This document shows positions 51,956-64,000 of a stretch of 64,000 nt of DNA, piece after piece. The DNA is from Eledone cirrhosa (lineage: Eukaryota), in assembly GCA_964016885.1 (NCBI GenBank), contig OZ024748.1, forward strand, positions 12,462,001-12,526,000. Reading direction: 5' to 3'. The first letter of the stretch is position 1. Each line of letters opens with the position of its first letter. Both the position numbers and the translations under genes were made by a program. The notes beneath the pieces are model-generated. The model worked only from the letters and a program-made list of their open reading frames with translations, had not been told where the DNA came from and searched no databases.

Positions 51956-53804
51956 CACCCAATATGTGTCTCCCAGCAGCTATCAATCAGATTTTTTAAA
52001 GGGTTCATCATATAACCCATCCCTTCCTCCACACACCCCCACTATTATAAGGGTTTACAAATGAAAGAAGCAGAAAAAAAAATTTAGAAAAAAAAAAAAA
52101 GAAAATGAATTTCTTAATAAAAAGATAATAAAACAACAAATAGTATTTGAAAAAAAATATATTTGAAAAATTTATGTGATAATTTTTCATTTTATTTTAT
52201 TTATTTTTTTTTTTAGCTTTTCTTGCTGAAATTTTTGGATATTTTAAAATTTTGTCGAATTTATTAAAACTTTTGGTTATTTTGTTTGTTTTTATAACAA
52301 ACGAAAACTGATCGGAAAAATAATTTTTAAAATATAAAGAAAAATATAGAATATATTTTTTTCACTTGGTGCGATTGTTTTTTAATTTTTTTTTTTCGAT
52401 TTTTATATATTTCTTATTTGTATTTTTTATTTGTATTTGTTGTTGTTGTTGCTGCTGTTGCTGCTATTATTGCTGCTGCTGTTGTTTGGAAAGTTTTGGA
52501 AACGTTCTGGTTGATAACCATATTTGTACACACACAGACACAGACACATACACAGACACAGACACATACACAGACACACGCACATACACACAGACACACA
52601 GACACACGCACACACACACACACAGCCACACACATATAATTACAGATATGTATATAAAAAAAATTTTTTCTTAATGCGAAAAAACCTTTGCCTGTTTTGA
52701 TTGCACTAATTAATATTGTTAATTAGCCAAACTAAAGAAACCATATAATTAGTAATCAGTATAATAAATAATAATAATAATAATAATATTAATAATAATA
52801 TTATGGTCTAAAAATAGAATTTTCTTCCACTCCGGACAATGCTGATTTTATATATATTATATTTATATGTGAATTGTGTATTTAATATTGGTTAACCCTT
52901 TAGCATTTACATTACACTATATTTACTATTGGTTAACCCTTTAGCATTTACATTACACTATATTTACTATTGGTTAACCCTTTAGCATTTACATTACACT
53001 ATATTTACTATTGTATTTCAGGGTAAACACTTTATCTCTCATAATATTGAATCTACAAGATTTTGATATTATTTATTTTGAGAACAATACCTTAACATCA
53101 GTATGAGTGGCCAGTTACAGCCAGTTTAAATGCTAAAGGGTTAAAGGAGAGAAAATACTGCATGAATTTTGTTATTATTTAGTACCAGCCTTGCTTTAGC
53201 AGACCTGTGATCTAGCCATGACCATGCTATCTTATTGTATATCAGGGATTACATTTTTCAATGTATTCTTCCTTTTTTTGCCTCTCCCTCCAATATTGTA
53301 GGGTGTAAGTTGAAGCACGTTTGGCTGCTATTTCTAGCGTGTAGAGGAACCTCAGTCTCCCTTATTCATTTGCTGATAATCTATTTTGTTGCTGTTTTAT
53401 CGGTTGGGTACGGTATAAAAAAATGGAGCCTTCTCAGTTTGAAGTCAGCCTGTAGCCCTTAACTTCTTGCACCCTCTATTATAGGTTTCTCTGCTGGTAA
53501 GATTTGTACCAAGCTCTTATAAAGTTAAACAAATCCCAAGCCTCTTATATATAATATCTCCCACAATTGATGGCAGAGAACTGTGCCTCCACAGAGTACT
53601 TATTTAACTGATGTATAGCAAAGGGATTTTGATGTATATCTCATTCATTCATTCATTCATATATATATTTGTGTGTATGTATGTATGTATGTATGTATAT
53701 AAAGTAAACAGGAATAACAAAGCAAATGATACAGTATATTGAAGAAATATATTTATGCTTGAAATAGCAGGAAAAGGGTTTTAACATTTCAGAAACTAGT
53801 CCTT

Positions 53805-53856
<52 letters not shown>

Positions 53857-53951
53857 TAAGTAATATTAGGCCAGTTACTATAATGGTGCCATACCAGTAA
53901 CATATGTTTCACTAGACTAGAAAGCCAAATTGTTCAACCTGTACCAATGGA

Positions 53952-53990
<39 letters not shown>

Positions 53991-54580
53991 TAGATACACA
54001 AAACAGGGTTTACACACTCTTGAACTGTCTTTTTGTTTTACATTGTTTAACTCTTTAGCATTTACATTTGTATTTTCTTGGTAAAGGCTTTATTTCACAT
54101 AATTATCTCACATAATATATTATTATTTTATTTTGAGAACAATACCTAAACTTCAGCATAAGTGGCTGGTTACAGCCAGTTTGAATAGAAAGAGGTGAGT
54201 GAATTGTGACCGGTTATGGCCGGTTTAAATGCTAAAGGGTTAAACTGTTTTTTTTCTTTTGTTTATTTTTACTGTTTTATATTGTTTTAAGTGTTTGATT
54301 CAGTTCTTTTCTGTTTTGTTTTTTCTTTTCATAACTGTTTGTTCTTTTGTGTTTTTATGTTTAAATTGTTTGATTTATTTTTTCCTTTTTCAATTTTATT
54401 CCAAAAATATTTTTAATAAACAAATAAAGAATCAATTCTTTCTTTTTATTTTCTTTGTTGTTTCTGTTTTTGGTTATGTTTTATTTTCATCTTTGTTTTA
54501 ATGTTTTTGTTTCCTTTTGTTGATTTCACCCACCTACCTTGTTCTGATTTGTGTGTATGTACATATGTATATACATATAT

Positions 54581-54650
<70 letters not shown>

Positions 54651-57600
54651 TGTGTGTGTGTATATATAATCTCTTACACTAGTCTATCCTATTTCTACCT
54701 TCTGATAAAGGACCAATATCTGAAACATTAAGGGTCTTTTCCTACTATACCAATTCTTGTGGATTTATTAGTGATGGTAGAAATTTCAGGGCAAAGTTGG
54801 GTCACCTAATGTCGTATTTGTGACACGGCAGCTATTTTGGTGAAGAATTTGTTCATTTCATATTCTAATCCAATCCAGGGCCTTCTCACTCTTGTTGGAG
54901 GAACCCCTCCTTGGTTGACCTCCATTGCTTTCTGTTTAGTTTGGTCATGTCAGGGATGTAGCTATACTCATCACATTTGGCTAATTGCAGGTTAGTGAGG
55001 TTATTTAACCCATAGTTAGGGTGGATGGCCATTGATTGAGAAGTTCATCCGCCCCTTTTAACAGCTCTTGTTTTTTTTTGTTTTTATTTTTGTGCTGCTG
55101 GGGTTCCATCTACCCTCCTCACCAAACTAGGGTCTGGTGGGAGAGCTGGTTTAGTTGATGACCACTTGACCATGAAGCAGGTTGTACTGGGTTACATACT
55201 ACCAGAAGCTGAGAGACCTGGGTGATGTGGAAGAGCATGTTTAGTTGCTGACCACTCACAATGAAGCAGGTTGTACTGGGTTACATAGAACCAGTAACGA
55301 GCAGAAACCTGACCAGGGTCTGATGGGAAAGCCAGTTTACTTGCTCACCACTCAACCATGAAGCAGGTTGTACTGGGTTACATAGAACCAGTAGGAGGCA
55401 GAAACCTGACCTGTTATATCTTATATCATGACTGAATATTCTGATTTCAGATCTAAGTAAAACTGAGATGTAATGATAAAAGACTGAAGAACAAACACCC
55501 TATAGGTTTTATACCCCCAGACACAACTGGTATCAGTCTATTTCAGAAGCATTCCATTATGTAGAGACAGGGTGGTGGAATGACTATGGTATCAAAACTG
55601 GTTTCTCTTTAGTTACTATGGTTCTTTTTCACTGCATGACATGTTGAGCAAGTATCTCTTTACTCTATCTATGGATTGACCTTGAGTAGAAACCAATTGG
55701 ATGGACTGTACCAGTAATTTAAAGTGTCTTTGGAACACTCAGTCACTTAAGTGTACAGTCCATCTTGTATTATAGAGTAATTGAAGGCTCCAGTTTTCTC
55801 ATACACTGTCATACTAATTCTGTCTGAAGATTATGTTAAGGGTACAAGTGTTTTTGGAATACTCAATCACTTTATAATACAAGATTAATTGTACATATAA
55901 TTCAAGGGTTCGGCCTTCTTGTATTGATTCTGTCTGAAGGATATGATAATGGTGCAAGTGTCTGTGGAATATTCAACCACTTATTCTACAATACAATCAG
56001 TAGGTAATTCAGTTGATTGAACAACTGAAATGCTCATCGCCACAACTGCTGGAGATCCTTTTAATTTAGTTACTTATTTTTTTCAAAGTAGCAGCCAAAT
56101 CTTCCTACATGATCTCCATCCCTCCTTTATATATAATCTTCAACATTACACCCCCCCCCCCCCTCCACCATACAAATCCATGAAATCTTATCACAGAATC
56201 TCTTTACCACAATACACACTGGAAGCTGGAATGATGACCGAATTGTGTTTAGGATAATTTAAATGTTTGGAAATTTTCCAAACATTTAGAGTTCATTCTT
56301 GAATGAAGAATTTTAAATTATAAATTATAAACTTTTTTTTTTCTTTTGTACAACAAGGCGTTACTATTTTTATATTCCTTCTCAATGGTTCGGTCCTTGA
56401 TTATGTTATTATTGTTGCTGTTGTTGTTATGGTGGTTGCATTTCAAGGTGGAATAATGAAGCTAGCATTGAATTTTGTTGTACAGAATTATTTTAATTTA
56501 AAAAAATTTCATTTCAATTTCTTAAGTTATTCAGTTAATATTTTATCATCTGTGGTGTCTTGTCTTATTAAAGTACCAGGTGATGCTCATAGTGGGGGTG
56601 CTTGGCTGTTACAGTTTTGCAGTTTTATATAAAGTTTGTTGGTGGAAATGTTAGTGTTAGATGAGATGCCTTTTGGTATCTGTTCCTGCTGTTTGTGTTT
56701 CGAGTTCAAATCCTTTATCTTATTGTAGTCCCATCAACATTAAGGTTATTGTGAAAAGCTGATCTTTACTCCAATTTATGAGGGAGAGAGCAAGACTGAC
56801 TATGAAACTGCAATGAGTTCACAAAACTAATGTGGCCTAATCTCGTAAAAGCCACATGTATCCGGAGGGTATGGCAGGATTTTCTTTCTTCTCGACTTTC
56901 AAGTTCAAAACTTACAAAGAATCAACTTTTGTCTTACAACCCACCCTCCTTCCCCCAGTATACTGTTCCATTGACTGAACAACAGGAACATTCATCGTTG
57001 AAACTGATGGAGGTCCCTTTTATCAATACCAGCATGACCACAACCATCTTGAGATTGTAAAGTTGTAAGAAAGAGAGATGGAGAATAACAGAAATCAAAT
57101 CCTGTCAAACTTAACTTTGCCTTTTATCCTTTTATTCTTTTATTCTTTAATTCGTTAATTCTTTTAAGGTCGATAAATGAAGTCCCAGCCCTGATGTGAG
57201 ATAGATTCTTTTTCTCAATTTCTCTCTCTTTTGGAAGGGTTTTGCTGTGCTTAGAACTGTAGAAGGATGGACTCTGCCAAGTCTAAATGTCTAAGATATA
57301 CTGCATGTTATGATGGCAGCATTATTTCAGGGCCCATGGATGGATGGAGACACACACACACACCCAAACATTCACACATATATATGCACACACACACACA
57401 CACACACATATATGCACATACACACATACATGCGCATACACATACATACACACACACTCATATATACACACACATACAAACACTGGCTTATATATTTGCA
57501 CATATACATACATATATATTCAGTCACACACACATATATATACACACATACACTCACATATTCATACATAGACACACACACATACAAACACTGGGTTATA

Positions 57601-57709
57601 TATTTGCAGACATACATACATATACACACATATTCAGACATACACACACACACATATTCACAGACACACACACACACACATATATATATGTGCACATACA
57701 CACACATAC

Positions 57710-57750
<41 letters not shown>

Positions 57751-57755
<5 letters not shown>

Positions 57756-57866
57756 AAAAAGTATGACCCCGACGGCAGAGCTCAAGCCGTTTCGACGGCT
57801 ATTTCTGGACTGAAATAGCCGTCGAAACGGCTTGAGCTCTGCCGTTGGGGTCATACTTTTCCCTAT
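57751..57866. repeat. GC-rich hairpin with 55-bp arms and a 6-nt loop
   Basis: 57751-57805 pairs with 57812-57866 with one mismatch and one G-T. Confidence 0.93.
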
Positions 57867-59221
57867 TTCCCACTCTACTACCCTCAGTATTGAGTACTCT
57901 GGTGCGTTATGGTCCATCTGGTTCCTTACCACAATTCCTTTGTTATATATATATATATATATATATAAAACAGTTCTGTGTGAGCAAGACACAGTCACCT
58001 AACCCAACTTGCCTCAAATTGGGACAACCCATCTAACCCATGCTAGCATGGAAAAATGGACATTAAACGGTGATAATGATGATGATGATGATAACATGAA
58101 TTTCTTGATGTCTTTGCAAAACATACTTCTAGGAATATACTTCAGAATAAAGATACAAAAAACAGTTATGAGATATTTTGAAAATCAATCAAACTCGAGG
58201 GTTTATTACTTGTCATGATGTTATGCTATCTATTGATCTATCCATCTATTGATCTACTGGTACAGATGATAGAGAACTGTTTTAGTTGCTTGACATGTAT
58301 CTTAGTTCAGTGTCACACAAGTCTGGGTTCAATTCCTGCTAGAGCCGAATATTTATTATATATACCAGGGATATACTGGGGTCAATTTGTTTGTAGTAGT
58401 AATAGTAGTTATAGTAGTAGTAGTAGTAGTAGTAATGGTTGTGAGTATAATGTATTGAGGTGTAGGCTTGTATACAGACCCCCTCTCCCACGCACTCACA
58501 CTTAATTCCAGGGTTTAATCTTATTGAATTATTATTATTATTATTATAATTATTATTATTATTATAATAAAGGGCAGTGGATTGGCAGTATCAGTAGAGG
58601 GTCGGACGCCATGCTTTGACACAGAGAGTTACGGTCCTTGCCATTCTGAGTTCAAATCCCGCTGAGGTTAACTTTGCCTTTCATCCTTACAGGGTTGATA
58701 AAATAAAGTACCAGTAATCTACTGGGTAATTGCTGGCCTTGTGCCAATAGTAGAAACAATTATTATTATAATAAAGGGCAGTGGATTGGCAGTATCTGTA
58801 GAGGGTCGGACGCCATGCTTTGCAGCAAAGAGTTACGGCCCTTTACGGTCTGAGTTCAAATCCCGCTGAGGTTGACTTTGCCTTTCATCCTTACGGGGTC
58901 GATAACATAAAGTGCCAGTAATACACTGGTGTCAATTTAATCGACTTTCCCTCCCCCACTAATTGTTGGACTTGTGCCTAAATCAGAAACCATTATCATT
59001 ATTATTGAAGTTAGTTGATGTTGGAATCGGTAGAGCACCATAAAATGGCCTGAGCCATTTAGTTGTATATCTTTATTTCAAATTTCAAATCCTGCCACAG
59101 AAGAATTTTCTTTTCATCCTTCAATGGTTGAATATATATATATATATATATATATGTGGGAATATATATATATATACATATACTTATATATATATATACA
59201 TATACTTATATATATATATAT

Positions 59222-59268
<47 letters not shown>

Positions 59269-59298
59269 TATATATACATATTTATATATATATATACA

Positions 59299-59402
<104 letters not shown>

Positions 59403-59412
59403 TATATATATA

Positions 59413-59447
<35 letters not shown>

Positions 59448-59550
59448 TTATATATATATATATATATATACTTATATATATATATATATATATACTTATA
59501 TATATATATATACTTATATATATATATATACTTATATATATATATATACT

Positions 59551-59583
<33 letters not shown>

Positions 59584-59657
59584 ATATATATATATACTTA
59601 ATATATATATATATACTTATATATATATTTATATATATATATACTTATATATATATT

Positions 59658-59720
<63 letters not shown>

Positions 59721-59729
59721 ATATATATA

Positions 59730-59778
<49 letters not shown>

Positions 59779-59789
59779 TTATATATATA

Positions 59790-59828
<39 letters not shown>

Positions 59829-59901
59829 TTATATATATATATTTATATATATATATATATATATATACTTATATATATATATTTATATATATATATATAT
59901 A

Positions 59902-59946
<45 letters not shown>

Positions 59947-59999
59947 TTATATATATATATATATATATATACTTATATATATATATATATATATATACT

Positions 60000-60050
<51 letters not shown>

Positions 60051-60290
60051 TTATATATATATACTTATATATATATATATTATTTATATATATATATATA
60101 CTTATATATATATATATTATATATATATATATATATACTTATATATATATATATTATATATATATATATATATACTTATATATATATATATATTATTTAT
60201 ATATATATATATACTTATATATATATATATTTATATATATATATATATATACTTATATATATATATATTATATATATATATATATATACT

Positions 60291-60339
<49 letters not shown>

Positions 60340-60366
60340 TTATATATATATATATACTTATATATA

Positions 60367-60406
<40 letters not shown>

Positions 60407-60514
60407 TTATATATATATATATATACTTATATATATATATATATACTTATATATATATATATATATACTTATATATATATATATATATACTTATATATAT
60501 TATATATATATATA

Positions 60515-60558
<44 letters not shown>

Positions 60559-60624
60559 TTATATATATATATATATACTTATATATATATATATATATAC
60601 TTATATATATTATATATATATATA

Positions 60625-60655
<31 letters not shown>

Positions 60656-60700
60656 CTTATATATATATATATATACTTATATATATTATATATATATATA

Positions 60701-60738
<38 letters not shown>

Positions 60739-60761
60739 TTATATATATATATATATACTTA

Positions 60762-60809
<48 letters not shown>

Positions 60810-60872
60810 TTATATATATATATATACTTATATTTATATATATACTTATATATATATATATATACATATTTG

Positions 60873-60935
<63 letters not shown>

Positions 60936-61158
60936 CGATGTATATATATATATTTATATATATAAATATATATATATAAATATGTATATATAAATATATC
61001 TATATATATATATATATATATACATATAAATTTGAACATTTTTTCTATCATCCTTCCAGGTTCAATAAACTATAATATATCAATAAGAGAGACTGAACTG
61101 GTAATCAATAATTGACCACACTTCTCTTCCAAAATTTCACGCTTTTTACCCATGAAAA

Positions 61159-61200
<42 letters not shown>

Positions 61201-61319
61201 TGAAATTCTACCAGGGTTGATTTTGTATTTCATTCTTATGAGGTCAATAAAATAAATACCAGTAATGTACTGTGGTTGAATTTAATCAGCTTTTTTCTTT
61301 GTTTTCTTTATCTAACTTT

Positions 61320-61950
61320 CTCATTCTCTCTCACTTTCTCATGTCTTCCTCCCCTTCACCTTCACTCTCACTCTCCCCTTTATTCCCCCCCCCCTCTTCA
61401 CCCTCACTCTCTCTCCCCTCTATTCAATCTCTTCCTCTGTCTCATCCTCACTCACTCTCTCTATCCCACCTCTTCCTCCGTCTCACCCTCACTCTCTCTC
61501 TCCCCTCTATCCCACCCTTTCCTTCTCACTCTCTCTATCCCATCTCTTCCTCCATCGCTCCCTCACTCTCTCTCTCTCTCCTCACCCTCACTCTCTTTCT
61601 CTCCTCTATCCCCTTCTCCCTCTCCCCTCCATCCATCTCCCCCTCCTCCCCCTCACCATCTCTCCCCTCCATCCATCTCCCTCTCCTCACTCTCATTCTC
61701 TTTATCCCCTCTATCCATCTGCCCCTCCTCACCCTAACCCTCCCTCGCACTCTCTTTCTCCCCTCTATCCATCTCCCCTCCCCCTCACCATCTCTCCCCT
61801 CCACCCACCCCTTCCTCACCCTCATGATCACCCCTCCACCCCCTCCATCCATCTCCCCCTTCTCACCCTCACCCCATTTCTCCACACTATCCTATCTCTA
61901 TCTCCCTCTCACCCATTAGTCACTCTCCTCTCCTCTCTCTCTCCTTTCTA
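61320..61950. repeat. Polypyrimidine (CT-rich) low-complexity tract
   Basis: Directly visible; similar tract at 10650-11000. Confidence 0.9.
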
Positions 61951-64000
61951 TCCTAGAATAACTCCCCCCCAGGAGTACAGAAATATTATCAAATCAGATG
62001 TATTACACTAACCTTTATAGAGACCTGCTCTGAGATATAACCTCATATGAGGCCAGCTAAACCTGGTGTTGTAGGTGTGAGCTGAAGCAACAACAAGGAC
62101 AACAACAACATTTTAAGTTGAGTAGAATCTTTCACAAAATGAAAAACTTGAAGAATTTTTTCAAATGTTTCAATCAACTCAAAAGATAGACAGGACCTCA
62201 CTTTTAAACTTTTCTCTAGCTCCTCCCTGAGAAACAGTTCCTTAAGGCCCACACTGTGAAAAACCTTTCCTGAGCCCTTCTGTGAAAAATCCTTTGCAAG
62301 ATCCCTTATAAAAAATACACCTTGAAACTCTCTCTAAAAAAAGAAAAAAAAACTTAAGGCCTTCAAACCCTAAAAAAACCTTTTCCAATCCCTTCTTGGA
62401 TAAATCCTTCAAGAACCCCTCACTGGATACCCTGATAAAGCCTCCTTCTGGGCTTCTTTATCTTTCTCATTTGTGATGGGATTACTTAACTAAATACAAC
62501 ACAAGATAACTCCTAGCATTTTCTTTATTCTCATAATTACCTCCCTTGTAATTTTCAAGGGGAGTAACTATAAATTTTTTAATGAATTTACCGCATATCT
62601 ATTTTTAACTACAGCGAACACCGGAACCTGTACGCAATCGAGAGACTCGCTAGAAATAGCAGCCAAATATATCACAAAATACACCATATTACACAACATA
62701 ACATGCATTATACACACCACCACTAGCACCACCACCACCACCAGCACCACCACCAGCACTACCACTAGCACTAACACCACCACCATTATTACCAGCACCA
62801 GTACCACTACCTCCACCACACCATTACCTTGATCACCACAACAACTGACCATCATTACTATAACATACCACCACCACCACCATCACCACCACAACCACCA
62901 CACACCACCACACACACACCACCACCACCACACAACACCACCCACACACACCACCACAACCACCACACACCACCACACACACACCACCACCACCACACAC
63001 CACCACCCACACACCACCACAACCACCACACACCACCACACACCACCACACACACCAACACCACTACCACTACCACCACCACCACACAACACCACCCACA
63101 CACACCACCATAACCACCACACACCACCACACACACACCACCACCACCACACACCACCACCCACACACCACCACAACCACCACACACCACCACACACCAC
63201 CACACACACCAACACCACTACCACCACCACCACCACAATGACCAGGTAGGTCATTAGTGTTTATCATGTGACAACGATAAGAATCTGTCAATGGCCCAAA
63301 CCGTTAGCAACAGTCGATGTTGTTGGTTGCTAAGTGTGAGCCGTGGCTAAAAATATTTCACCATCACAATACACACACACACACATACACACACACATAC
63401 CCCCCCCCCCCCACACATACATACATACACACATGCATACACACATACACACACACACATACGCACACACATATACATACACACACACATGCACACACAT
63501 ACACATATACAGACACAAACACACAGACACATACATACACATACACATACATATAGACACAGATATATACACACACACATATATACGTACATATATACAT
63601 ACACACCCACAGACATACATACACACAGGCACACATACATACAGACACATATACATACAAACACCCACATACACATACAACACACACAACACACACACAA
63701 TATATATATATACGTGTGTGGGTGTGTCTAATTTTGTAATGCTTACTTAAGTGTCTTCTGTCCCCTTTCTCTCTTATTACTACGTGTATGTGTAAGTGTG
63801 TGTGTGAGTGTGAGTGAGTGTGTGTGTAAGTGTGTGTGAGTGTGAGTGTGTGTGTAAGTGTGGTGTGAGTGTGTGTGTAAGTGTGTGTGTGTGTGAGTGT
63901 GTGTAAGTGTGTGTAAGTATGTGTGTGAGTATGAGTGAGTGTGTGTGTGAGAGTATGTGTGAGTGTGTGTAAGTATGTGTGTGAGTATGAGTGAGTGTGT

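Overview
AT-rich, microsatellite-dense eukaryotic DNA. The repeat landscape (tRNA-derived SINEs, RTE tails ending in (GAT)n, very long (TA)n tracts) suggests an octopod cephalopod; this is inference. One protein-coding gene is supported: the 3' 17 exons (7586-45358, + strand, 2125 nt, about 707 aa plus stop, 5' exons outside the window) of a glycoside hydrolase family 31 lysosomal alpha-glucosidase (GAA)-like gene. All splice phases join in frame and the catalytic nucleophile (WADMNE) and acid/base (HWSGDN) aspartates are intact. Nearly all long ORFs in the supplied track are simple-repeat artefacts. Introns and the 3' flank hold two SINE families, RTE and CR1-like LINE 3' fragments, piggyBac-like and Tc1/pogo-like MITEs, minisatellites and long palindromes. 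The most notable observations are: (i) several families of Penelope-type minimal hammerhead-ribozyme motifs, where the best-preserved copies are antisense to the gene and the sense copies are disabled; (ii) a GC-AG intron after the nucleophile exon; (iii) Trp at the position of human GAA R725 (R725W is a Pompe allele) and other substitutions next to the active site; (iv) two decayed copies of an exon half; (v) fold-back palindromes. I do not see evidence for a wholly new multi-gene system. Human GAA/SI numbering and exon sizes are recalled from memory and should be verified.
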